A DNA stretch of 64,000 bases, from positions 64,764 to 128,763 of the forward strand of contig CBDFKU010000016.1 in the NCBI GenBank assembly GCA_965248975.1. Direction: 5' to 3'. Positions 34,641 to 43,942 of this stretch are shown piece by piece. A program made the position numbers and the translations under genes. The DNA is from Dehalococcoidia bacterium (GTDB lineage Bacteria; Chloroflexota; Dehalococcoidia; Lucifugimonadales; JAGWBF01). The notes beneath the pieces are model-generated. The model made no database searches, was not told the DNA's origin, and was given only the letters and a program-made list of their open reading frames with translations. The stretch's first letter is position 1; every line of letters begins with the position of its first letter.

Positions 34641-35712
34641 ACTTACCGTAGCTTGATCCGGGGGTCACCACGATGTTTCGGTCGTCCAGGAGCCGGGCAG
34701 CGAACTCAGCGGAAGTAAACCCCTCGGGGACCCTGGCCCAGACGTACAGGCAGGCCTTGGGCGGAGTGACCCTCAGACCGATCCGGGTCAGCACGTCCAC
34801 CAGCTTGTCCCTGCGGCGCTGGTATATGGCGTTGTTCTGCTGGATAGGCTCCTGGGAGCCGGACAACGCCTCCATGGCCATCTCCTGGATAGCCTGGGGT
34901 ATGCCAGAGTCTAGGTTCGACTTGATCCTGAACAGGGCCCTTATCATTTCAGTGTTCCCCACCACCATGCCGATGCGCCAGCCGGTCATATTGAAGCACT
35001 TGGAGAGGGAGTGGAACTCGATGCCCACCTCTGCGGCGCCTTCGACTTCCATGAAGCTGGGCGCCCTGTAGCCGTCAAATACTACCTCGCTGTAGGCAGC
35101 GTCGTGGAGCACGGCGACGTCGTAGCGGTGGGCGAAGTCCACCGCCTGCCGGTAGTACTCCAAAGTAGCCGTTCCCGCCGTCGGGTTGTTGGGGTAGTTA
35201 AGCCACATCACTTTGGCGTCCCGGGCGACGTCAGCGGGTATGGCTTCCAGGTCGGGCAGCCAGCCGTTCTCTTCCAGCAGGGGCATGGGGTAGCTCTCTG
35301 CCCCGGCGAACATAGTGCCCACTCCGTACACCGGGTAGGCAGGGTCCGGAACCAGAGCCACGTCTCCCGGGTCCAGGAAACAGAAAGCGGCGTGGCCGAT
35401 CCCTTCTTTGGCGCCGATGAGGGGCAGGACCTCCTTGTCCGGGTCCAGCTTCACGTCAAACCGGCTCTTGTACCAGTCGGCGATGGCGCGGCGCAGCTCG
35501 GGAAGGCCGTCGGTCTCCGGGTAGCGGTGATTGGGAGGGCTGTGGGAGGCCTGCACCAGGCGGTCCACTATGTGGGAGGGTGTAGGGATGTCAGGGTCGC
35601 CGATGCCGAAGGTGACCACGTCCTCTCCGGCGGCCCGCTTCTCGGCCAGAATGCGGGATATCTCCACGAAGGGATAGGGCGCCAGCTGGTCAAGGCGCTT
35701 GGAGAATTTCAT
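34534..35712 (-). CDS. dapL: LL-diaminopimelate aminotransferase-like class I aminotransferase
   Basis: 392-aa ORF with '[11 protein letters not shown]', '[14 protein letters not shown]' and PLP-lysine context '[15 protein letters not shown]'. The DapL assignment rests on these motifs plus the nearby dapF, so it is moderately confident. Confidence 0.65.
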   Translation of the reverse strand: MKFSKRLDQLAPYPFVEISRILAEKRAAGEDVVTFGIGDPDIPTPSHIVDRLVQASHSPPNHRYPETDGLPELRRAIADWYKSRFDVKLDPDKEVLPLIGAKEGIGHAAFCFLDPGDVALVPDPAYPVYGVGTMFAGAESYPMPLLEENGWLPDLEAIPADVARDAKVMWLNYPNNPTAGTATLEYYRQAVDFAHRYDVAVLHDAAYSEVVFDGYRAPSFMEVEGAAEVGIEFHSLSKCFNMTGWRIGMVVGNTEMIRALFRIKSNLDSGIPQAIQEMAMEALSGSQEPIQQNNAIYQRRRDKLVDVLTRIGLRVTPPKACLYVWARVPEGFTSAEFAARLLDDRNIVVTPGSSYGKYGEGYIRFSLTTPDERVDTGVERLASWTIPAPQGS

Positions 35713-35746
35713 TCAGTCCTGCCTTCAATTCTGGTTGTTTCATAGG

Positions 35747-36445
35747 TTATAGATAACCTTCAGGGGTCAGCAGTTCAAGAGTTGGATCGAGTTCTTTGTA
35801 GGGCAACGTATCAAGACGATTCCAGTTTTCGTCTCCTTTTTCCAACCGTCTGCTTACTTCTTCTAGTGGTACAATCCAGACGCTATCCAAATTTTCGAAA
35901 TATTGCTGAAGAAATTTGTTGGAACCACTGTATTCAGGTAGATCCGCGATCCATTCTTTTAGTTCTTCAGCTTCATCCACCGTGTTAACAAGGACACGTG
36001 GCAATGAGAGAACTGGCTTGTCAGAGTTTGGGTAGGTGGCGGACGGCAATAAAAGAGGAACTCCCTCCGCTGGGGGGATCCCGAGAACAAGACATTGGTT
36101 AGACTCAGGCTTGGCACGCCATTCCCGTTCATGGGTCCAGTCAACCGGGTAGCGGAAAGTCTCGTGTGGTATGGGCGCGTAGCGCACCCATAGATATTTA
36201 CGTTCATCAGGAAGGCTATTCAGCAGACTTTCGTCTCCATAAATGACCGGCCTGCCTCCATATTCATAAAGGTGCCATTTGTGCATCACTACGCCGTACG
36301 GGTGGTAACGACCAGACAATACTGCACAAGACTTGATGAACGCATCTAGCGGCTGTTCTGTAAAACAAACAGCTGGGCGCGGACCCTTTATCGTATCTTC
36401 TTGTCCACCGACGGTAAACCGGGCCTTCGGTGCAAAGGTAGGCAT
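35747..36445 (-). CDS. AbiGi-like (abortive-infection-type) protein, low-GC insert
   Basis: 232 aa from ATG 36445. 'PAVCFTEQPL', 'YGVVMHKWHLYEYGGRPVIY' and 'DWTHEREWR' match my recollection of AbiGi-family motifs. The frame stays open a further 51 codons upstream (to 36598), encoding 'DYVIHWTRGKVIDKKYVKPFDILKSILSSGYL', with no ATG/GTG/TTG. The gene is markedly AT-richer than its flanks. Confidence 0.5.
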   Translation of the reverse strand: MPTFAPKARFTVGGQEDTIKGPRPAVCFTEQPLDAFIKSCAVLSGRYHPYGVVMHKWHLYEYGGRPVIYGDESLLNSLPDERKYLWVRYAPIPHETFRYPVDWTHEREWRAKPESNQCLVLGIPPAEGVPLLLPSATYPNSDKPVLSLPRVLVNTVDEAEELKEWIADLPEYSGSNKFLQQYFENLDSVWIVPLEEVSRRLEKGDENWNRLDTLPYKELDPTLELLTPEGYL

Positions 36446-36624
36446 CAGATAACCGGAACTCAGTATTGACTTTAAAATATCAAACGGTTTTACATATTTT
36501 TTGTCGATAACTTTGCCCCGCGTCCAATGGATAACGTAATCCGTAAGGTCAGCTCTAGCCGTCCTTATCTTTCGCCAGTCTGGTAGAATAAGCGTTTTTT
36601 ACGATCCCCGATCCGTCACAAGTG

Positions 36625-37482
36625 TTATTCTCTCCACTCGCCCTCGAACACCTCAACCGCATCGCCCTCCAGGTATACCTGGCCCCGGCCATCCCAGTCG
36701 ACTTTGAGGGTGCCTCCCGGAAGTGTTATGTCAACCGACTCTCCGGTGAAGCCCAGTAGCCGGGAGGCCACGGCGATCGCGGATGCGCCGCTGCCGCAGG
36801 CCATGGTCTCTCCCGAGCCGCGCTCCCACACCCGGGAAGTGAGCTTCCCATCTCCTTCGACGTTCACGATCTCGAAGTTGACCCGGCGGGGGAACATGGG
36901 GTGGTGCTCCACCTTCGGCCCGATCGTGTGCAGAGGAAACCTCTCCACCGGCTCCGGGATGAAGGCGATGGCGTGGGGATTCCCCATCGACACGAAGCTA
37001 AGCTTGAGGGAGGTCCCGTCGACCTGCACCGGATAGTTCACCACGGCCCCGCCCGCCTTCTCCTGAGGAGCGGAGTCCAGCACCACCGGCACCTTGTCTG
37101 GCTCGAGGCGGGGTGCGCCCATGGCAACCCTGGCCCGGACCACCTTTTTGCCCTCCATGAGGGGCTCCACCGTCCTGATGCCTGCCAGGGTCTCCACCCG
37201 CAGTCCCGTTCCGTCGGGGCGGGCGATGGCTCGCTCGATGGCGTACTTGGCGAAGCACCGGATGCCGTTTCCACACATCTCCCCCTCAGAGCCGTCGGCA
37301 TTGAACATGCGCATCTTCAAATGGGCAACATGGGACGGCAGGATGAGTATAATGCCGTCGCCGCCCACGCCGAAGTGGCGGTCGCTCATTGCTTGTGACA
37401 GAGTCGGCCAGTCGGCCTGCAGCGACCGGGCGTCGATGAAGATGTAGTCGTTGCCCGCTCCGTGCATCTTGGTGAACTTCAT
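36625..37482 (-). CDS. dapF: diaminopimelate epimerase
   Basis: 'MKFTKMHGAGNDYIFID' and the two catalytic Cys contexts 'EMCGNGIRC' and 'ETMACGSGASA'. Confidence 0.92.
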   Translation of the reverse strand: MKFTKMHGAGNDYIFIDARSLQADWPTLSQAMSDRHFGVGGDGIILILPSHVAHLKMRMFNADGSEGEMCGNGIRCFAKYAIERAIARPDGTGLRVETLAGIRTVEPLMEGKKVVRARVAMGAPRLEPDKVPVVLDSAPQEKAGGAVVNYPVQVDGTSLKLSFVSMGNPHAIAFIPEPVERFPLHTIGPKVEHHPMFPRRVNFEIVNVEGDGKLTSRVWERGSGETMACGSGASAIAVASRLLGFTGESVDITLPGGTLKVDWDGRGQVYLEGDAVEVFEGEWRE

Positions 37483-38456
37483 GGAGGCGTCTCCTCGGTA
37501 GCTGAGGCTATTTTACCACACCCATCAGTCTCCTTTAGGAAACTCTCTACCAACGTCGCTGCCTTCTGGTTCACGCCGGCCGACGCCTCCAGCCAGTGGA
37601 TGCGAGGGTCGTCCGACCGAAACCAGGCGTGCTGCCGGCGGGCGAAGCGGTGGGTCTCGTATTTGGCTCGCTGGGTCGCCTCTTCCAGGTTTAGCTCGCC
37701 CTGTAGATACAGGATTACTTCCCTGTAGCCGATGCTGGACATGCAGGGCACGTTCGGGTCGCATCCCCTGCTGAGAAGCCCTTTGACCTCCGAGACCAGT
37801 CCCCTCTCCAACATTTCGTCGAGGCGACGGTCTGTTCTCTGGTAGAGGGCGGCTCTCTCCATCGTCAGTCCGATGACGAGGGGGCGATAGGGCGGTGGCC
37901 GTTTCCGGCGGGAGGATGGTCCAGCCGGGCCGGCGGCGTTGTGTATCTCCAGGGCCCGTATAACACGTCGTTGATTGCGCGGGTCGATCCTTGAGGCAGC
38001 CTCCGGGTCCGCGTCCAGGAGCCGGTTATACAGCGCCTCGGCCCCTTCCCGGCGGCCTATGTCCTCCAGGTCCCGTCGGAGCTGCGGGTCTGGGGCGACT
38101 TCGGGCACCTGCCAGCCCTCCAGCAGCGCCCAGACGTACTGCCCCGTTCCGCCGGCAACGATGGGCAGTCTGTCCCTGTCATGGATGTCGTGAATCGCGT
38201 TCCGAGCCAGCTCCAGAAAGCGGGCCAGATGGAACTCTTCATCCGGCTCAACGATGTCTATGAGATGGTGAGGGACCTGCGCCTGGTCTTCCGGTGGAAG
38301 CTTGGCGGTACCGATGTCCATTCCCCGGTAGACCTGGCGGCTGTCGGCGTTAATGATCTCGCCGCCGAAGCGCAGGGCGAGGTGGATGGCCAGGGCGCTC
38401 TTGCCCACGGCCGTGGGCCCTACGATAAAGAGGACGGGTCTGGCGTCAGCAACCAC
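37479..38456 (-). CDS. miaA: tRNA dimethylallyltransferase
   Basis: P-loop 'IVGPTAVGKSALA' and 'IINADSRQVYRGMDIGTAK'. Its stop overlaps the dapF start by 4 nt. Confidence 0.92.
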   Translation of the reverse strand: MVADARPVLFIVGPTAVGKSALAIHLALRFGGEIINADSRQVYRGMDIGTAKLPPEDQAQVPHHLIDIVEPDEEFHLARFLELARNAIHDIHDRDRLPIVAGGTGQYVWALLEGWQVPEVAPDPQLRRDLEDIGRREGAEALYNRLLDADPEAASRIDPRNQRRVIRALEIHNAAGPAGPSSRRKRPPPYRPLVIGLTMERAALYQRTDRRLDEMLERGLVSEVKGLLSRGCDPNVPCMSSIGYREVILYLQGELNLEEATQRAKYETHRFARRQHAWFRSDDPRIHWLEASAGVNQKAATLVESFLKETDGCGKIASATEETPP

Positions 38457-38469
38457 CGAGGATCTAGGA

Positions 38470-39231
<762 letters not shown>

Positions 39232-39247
39232 CGCACCTCCCGGACGG

Positions 39248-40453
39248 TCATGGCCCGTACTTGACCAGCTTACCCGAGTGAGCCAGGGCGAGGAGCATGG
39301 CCTGGGTGGCAGGCAGCCTGCCGAGAGAACCGGCGGCGCAACTACGCTCCGAGAAGGAGTCCACGCCCTCCCCCAGGGTCAGTCGTGAATGTAGCAGGAA
39401 AGGCACCGGATGCCAGCTGTGAGCCGCCATGATGGCGGGGGTCGAGTGGTCGCCGGCCACCATCAGCACGTCGGCCCCCAGGTCCCGCAGCCGCGGGATG
39501 TACCGGTCCAGTTCCTCCAGGGCCTTCACCTTGGCTTCGAAGTTGCCGTCCTCGCCCGCGGCGTCGGCGGGTTTGTAGTGGATGTAGAAGAAGTCGTGCT
39601 CTTCGTAGTGCTGGCCCAAAGTGTCGAGCTCATCCGAGAAAGTCCTGCCGGTGGGTATCACCTTCATACCGACTATGGTAGCCAGGCCCCGGTACATAGG
39701 ATATGCGGCGATAGCCGCCGGGTTCAGCCGGTAGGCTTCGGCCATGGACGGAAGGTGGGGAAGGCTGGAGAACCCCCTCAGGAGTACCATGTTGGCCCGC
39801 TCTTCTTCGTGAAGCAGCTGCCTGGCCTGAGCGACGAACTCGTTCACGATCCCTGAGGTCCTCCCGCCCTCTTGAGCGATGGGACTGGCCTCCAGGGCGG
39901 GAACGCCCGTAAGCTGAGGGTCGGTTTCGCCGACCATATCGCTCAGGCCCTCGCCGCGAAGGTGCAGCACGAAGCGGTAGCCCTCCACCGGATACACGCT
40001 CAGCTCCACGCCGTCCAGCTCGATCTGGTCCAGCTCCTTGCACAACGGTATGGAGACCTCCGACGGGATGCGGCCGGCCCGGCGGTCCAACAGGTTTCCG
40101 TCCGGGTCGACGGTGCAGAAGTTGCCCCTGGCAGACACGTCCCCTTCCCTGAGGTCGACCTCTATGCCCAACGCCTCAAGGGCACCCCGGCCGATCATGT
40201 ACTTCAAGGGGTCGTAGCCGAAGAGCGCGAGGTGCCCTGGGCCGCTGCCCGGCGCGACACCCGGAAGTACGGGGACGGTGGTCCCGCAGGCGCTCTCCCG
40301 GGCAAGTCTGTCCAGGTTGGGCGTGTCGGCTGTCTCCAGCTCGGACAGGCGGGACTCGGGACTGGGCAGGCCGCCCAGGCCGTCCACCACAAGCATCACG
40401 ATTTTCGACGTCGTTGAGACGAAGGAATCCCTCAAGACTTCCAGGTCGATCAA
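39248..40453 (-). CDS. apgM: cofactor-independent phosphoglycerate mutase, archaeal-type (ApgM)
   Basis: 'MLVVDGLGGLPSP...TPNLDRLA' and 'AGDHSTP'. The ORF opens at 40567 (overlapping pgk), but TTG 40453 sits 8 nt after GGAGG and gives the expected ~400-aa length. Confidence 0.8.
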   Translation of the reverse strand: MIDLEVLRDSFVSTTSKIVMLVVDGLGGLPSPESRLSELETADTPNLDRLARESACGTTVPVLPGVAPGSGPGHLALFGYDPLKYMIGRGALEALGIEVDLREGDVSARGNFCTVDPDGNLLDRRAGRIPSEVSIPLCKELDQIELDGVELSVYPVEGYRFVLHLRGEGLSDMVGETDPQLTGVPALEASPIAQEGGRTSGIVNEFVAQARQLLHEEERANMVLLRGFSSLPHLPSMAEAYRLNPAAIAAYPMYRGLATIVGMKVIPTGRTFSDELDTLGQHYEEHDFFYIHYKPADAAGEDGNFEAKVKALEELDRYIPRLRDLGADVLMVAGDHSTPAIMAAHSWHPVPFLLHSRLTLGEGVDSFSERSCAAGSLGRLPATQAMLLALAHSGKLVKYGP

Positions 40454-40493
40454 GGTAGTAGCCTCCAGATGGGTTGTTCCGTTATTGTCAGAG

Positions 40494-41699
40494 CTAGTCC
40501 TTGTCAGGGAGGGCGGCGATCCCGGGCAGGTCCTTTCCTTCGAGAAACTCCAGGCAGGCGCCCCCACCGGTGGACACGTGCGTCACCCCGTCCATCAGGC
40601 CCAGCTCCTCGACAACCTCGGCAGTCGAGCCACCCCCCACCACCGTGGTCCCGCCGTTGGCAGCCAGGGCTTCGGCCACACACCGGGTTCCCGAGGCGAA
40701 GGGGGGAAACTCGAACACCCCCATTGGGCCATTCCAGATGACGGTCCGGCACTGCCGAAGGCCATCGACAAAGTCCCTGACGGTCTGCGGCCCGATGTCC
40801 ATGATGAGCCCACCGTCGGGAACGTCGTGCACCGGCACAGTTTCGATGCTCCTAGAATCGGCGCTGAACTCCGGAGAAACCACGACGTCCGTAGGGATAT
40901 GAACAGAGGTCCCCTCTCCTTCGGCTTGCTTTAGCAGCCTGGAAGCTAACCCAATCAGGTCCTCCTCTACTGGGGAAGCGCCGGTGGTGTAGCCCTGGCT
41001 CCTCAGGAAGGTGGCGGCCATCCCTCCACCGATGAACAGGTGGTCGACTCCCACGGCGCCCAGCAGGTTCTCCAGGACCTTGATCTTGTCGCTGACCTTG
41101 GCCCCACCCAGCAGGGCGGCCATGGGCCGTTCCGGGGAATCGAGAGCGGCTCCGATGCGCTCGACTTCCAGTTGCACAAGGTGGCCCATTACGGACGGCA
41201 GGTACCGGGGCACCCCAACGACAGAGGCGTGGGCGCGGTGCGCCACGGCGAAGGCGTCCATCACGAACACCTCGGCCAGACCTGCCAGGGCTCGGCCGAA
41301 GTCGGGGTCGTTCTCTTCCTCATCGGAGTAAAAGCGCAGATTCTCTAAGAGGAGTATGTCGCCATAGTCCATCCCGCCGACCGCCTCTTCTACTTGGGGC
41401 CCGATGCAGTCGTCCAGTGTCTTCACTGGGTGAGAAAGCAGCACCGACAGGCGGTCGCCCACCGGCGCCATCCGCAGCCCATCGATGACCTTGCCTTTGG
41501 GTCGTCCAAGATGGGAGCAGAGGATTATCTTGCTGTCTCGCTCCAGGATGTACTCTATGGTGGGAAGGGTTGCCCTGAGGCGCTGATCGTATGACTCGAT
41601 GCCCTCGAGGCCTTGCTCGATGGGGACGTTGAAGTCCACCCTGACCAGGACGCGTTTTCTTGCGAGGTCGACGTCCGCCAGCGTACGCTTGGCCACCAC
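40494..41699 (-). CDS. pgk: phosphoglycerate kinase
   Basis: 'KRVLVRVDFNVP', 'SHLGRPKG' and 'STGGGA'. The ORF opens at 41732, inside the upstream gene. GTG 41699 (or 41696) directly follows that gene's TAA. Confidence 0.93.
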   Translation of the reverse strand: MVAKRTLADVDLARKRVLVRVDFNVPIEQGLEGIESYDQRLRATLPTIEYILERDSKIILCSHLGRPKGKVIDGLRMAPVGDRLSVLLSHPVKTLDDCIGPQVEEAVGGMDYGDILLLENLRFYSDEEENDPDFGRALAGLAEVFVMDAFAVAHRAHASVVGVPRYLPSVMGHLVQLEVERIGAALDSPERPMAALLGGAKVSDKIKVLENLLGAVGVDHLFIGGGMAATFLRSQGYTTGASPVEEDLIGLASRLLKQAEGEGTSVHIPTDVVVSPEFSADSRSIETVPVHDVPDGGLIMDIGPQTVRDFVDGLRQCRTVIWNGPMGVFEFPPFASGTRCVAEALAANGGTTVVGGGSTAEVVEELGLMDGVTHVSTGGGACLEFLEGKDLPGIAALPDKD

Positions 41700-41701
41700 C
41701 C

Positions 41702-42724
41702 TTACTCTTTGCCCGAGATGATGGTTTGACACAGCCTGTCAAACTCCTCCAACCCGGAGGATGAGACGGCCACGCCCTTAAGGGAATCGATGGCGGCTGC
41801 ACAGTACTCCTCGACCCGCTTCCGGGCGTATTCCATTGCGCCAACTCGGGCCAGGATGTTGGTAACCTGCTCGACATCTGGTGGCTCCAGGACGCGTTTG
41901 AAGTAGATGGTGCCCAGCTCTCGTTTCAGGCTCACCTCGGCGGTAGCCATGGCGTAGACTATCGGCAGGAGCTTTTTCTTATTCAGGACATCTCCCGAGG
42001 GTCCACCCTCTTTGCTGCCCTGCAGGTCGTCGATGTCGTTCCTCATCTGGTATGCCACACCAATGTTCTGGCCGAATCTCTTGAAAGCCTCAACGGTTTC
42101 ACCGTCGTCCGTCGCCGCCAGAGCCCCCAAACCCATGGCGCAGGACATCAGCGCCCCGGTCCTGCCGGCGGCCATCTTGAGGTAGGATTCCACTCCTACG
42201 TCCAGCTTCTCCTGGAAGGACAGGTCCAGGAACTGGCCCTCGCACATGGTGAGGCAGGACCGGTCCAGGAGCCGCATTGCCTCCATGACCCTGGGACCGG
42301 GCATCCCTCGCTCCTGAAGGCGCATCAGAGCCAGCCGCGCCAGAGCATTCATGCCGTCTCCGGCGTTGATGGCCTGTCCCGGTCCCCATACCCACCAGAT
42401 CGTCGGGCGGTCGTCCCGATTCGGGCTTCCCCCCTGGACATCCTCGTGGATCAGGGAGTAGTTGTGGACCAGCTCCACTGCGGCGGCGGCGGGCAGGGCG
42501 GCTTCGTAGTCGCCAGCCAGCGACTCGCAGGACAGGAGGCATAGGAGGGGATGCAGCCGTTCGCCGGTTAAGCCTGATAGAGGGTTGCCCTGCTCATCCA
42601 TCCAGCCCAGCTGGTAGAGGAGCATGTTATTCAGGAGCCCCTCTTGCCCCGAGAGGACGCTTCTCAGCTCCTGCTCCAGTGCATCACGATACCTGATTGG
42701 GAACAGGTCCGAAACCAGCGTCAT
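41702..42724 (-). CDS. polyprenyl synthetase family protein with degenerate first Asp-rich motif
   Basis: The trans-prenyltransferase scaffold is recognisable ('AAAVELVHNYSLIH', 'AINAGD', 'GQFLDL', 'KTGAL'-like 'RTGALM'). However, it reads 'HEDVQGGSPNRDDRPT' where D-D-x-x-D...R-R-G is expected, and 'NDIDD' at the second motif. Confidence 0.6.
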   Translation of the reverse strand: MTLVSDLFPIRYRDALEQELRSVLSGQEGLLNNMLLYQLGWMDEQGNPLSGLTGERLHPLLCLLSCESLAGDYEAALPAAAAVELVHNYSLIHEDVQGGSPNRDDRPTIWWVWGPGQAINAGDGMNALARLALMRLQERGMPGPRVMEAMRLLDRSCLTMCEGQFLDLSFQEKLDVGVESYLKMAAGRTGALMSCAMGLGALAATDDGETVEAFKRFGQNIGVAYQMRNDIDDLQGSKEGGPSGDVLNKKKLLPIVYAMATAEVSLKRELGTIYFKRVLEPPDVEQVTNILARVGAMEYARKRVEEYCAAAIDSLKGVAVSSSGLEEFDRLCQTIISGKE

Positions 42725-42725
42725 T

Positions 42726-43205
42726 CTACTCCCGTGGCACGGTCTCTTGAGGCCTGCGGTCGTTTTCCAGCCGTCTGATCTTCTCCAACCGCCGGATGTG
42801 CCTGCCTCCCTCGAACTCGGTTGATAGATAGGCCCTGACGATCTCCTGGGCCAGCCACTCGCCGATCATGGTGCCGCCCATACACAGGACATTGGAGTCG
42901 TTGTGCTGGCGCGCCATCTCCGCGCTCAGCGGGTCGGGGCACAGGGCCGCCCTCACGCCTGGGACCTTGTTGGCGGCGATGCTCATGCCGATGCCGGTCC
43001 CGCAGACCAGGATCCCGTAGCCCGCTTCCCCATCGGCGACGGCACGGGCTACCTTCTCGGCCACATCTGGATAGTCCACGGAGTCGTTGCTGTGACAGCC
43101 CATGTCCAGGCAACGGTAGCCCAGGCCCTCTATCAGCGGCATGACGGCCTGCTTCAATGGGAAGCCCCGGTGATCGCTGCCAACTGCTATCGTAACGTCG
43201 TCCAC
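42726..43205 (-). CDS. rpiB: ribose-5-phosphate isomerase B
   Basis: 'IAVGSDHRGFPLK' and 'ILVCGTGIGMSIAANK'. Confidence 0.88.
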   Translation of the reverse strand: MDDVTIAVGSDHRGFPLKQAVMPLIEGLGYRCLDMGCHSNDSVDYPDVAEKVARAVADGEAGYGILVCGTGIGMSIAANKVPGVRAALCPDPLSAEMARQHNDSNVLCMGGTMIGEWLAQEIVRAYLSTEFEGGRHIRRLEKIRRLENDRRPQETVPRE

Positions 43206-43208
43206 TCC

Positions 43209-43880
43209 TCACCCCTCCCCTAAGGACGCACCGGCTGGTGTCGAAGGTATGGTCTCGATCATGCTGAATGGTATCGTGCCGGCCCTTATCAGGCGCGGCC
43301 TGTCTTGCGTCAGATCGACGATGGTGGAGGCGCGGCCCAAAGGGGCCGGGCCGCCGTCTAGAATATAGTCTACCCGGTCTCCCAGGAGCGCCTTTACATC
43401 CTGGGCAGTGACGGGATCGGGACCGCCGCTGGGGTTGGCGCTGGTGCCGGTTATAGGCCTGCCCAGCTCGCCCACAATGGCCAGTGGTACGGGATGGTCA
43501 GGCATCCTGACGGCGATGGAGTCCTTGCCCCCGGAGACCTGGGCGGGCACCCAGGCAGACTTCCTGAGGACCAGGGTCAGCGGACCGGGCCAGTATCGCT
43601 CCGCCAGGGTCCACGCCAGGTCGGGCACGTCTTCCGCCACCAGGGTCAGGTCGGCCGCCGACCCCAGCAGCAAGGGCAGGGCCATGTCGGTAGGTCTGCC
43701 CTTAATCTCAAAGACGCGGTCGACGGCGGGGATACAGAGGGGATCGGCTCCTAAGCCGTACAGGGTATCGGTGGGGTATGCCACCACCCCACCTTTCTTG
43801 AGCACCCCGACTGCCTCATTTATCGAGCGGACGGACGGTTCGGGCGTCGGCATGAGGGACTTTCTTGAGGCTTCCCGCAT
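43209..43880 (-). CDS. tsaC: L-threonylcarbamoyladenylate synthase (YrdC/Sua5 family)
   Basis: 'GGVVAYPTDTLYGLGADP', 'KGRPTDMALPLL' and 'TSANPSG'. Confidence 0.85.
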   Translation of the reverse strand: MREASRKSLMPTPEPSVRSINEAVGVLKKGGVVAYPTDTLYGLGADPLCIPAVDRVFEIKGRPTDMALPLLLGSAADLTLVAEDVPDLAWTLAERYWPGPLTLVLRKSAWVPAQVSGGKDSIAVRMPDHPVPLAIVGELGRPITGTSANPSGGPDPVTAQDVKALLGDRVDYILDGGPAPLGRASTIVDLTQDRPRLIRAGTIPFSMIETIPSTPAGASLGEG

Positions 43881-43942
43881 TGCTTGACTGAGTATATCAC
43901 AGGTGCTAAGCTTGGTCGAGGTTGCACACTGGGTAGAGGCGA

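Noticed and set aside
25620-36624. Calling the two low-GC inserts (25.6-26.5 kb and 35.7-36.6 kb) mobile elements.
   Set aside because: No integrase, transposase, terminal inverted repeats, target-site duplications or flanking tRNA are visible. They are reported as compositionally foreign genes only.
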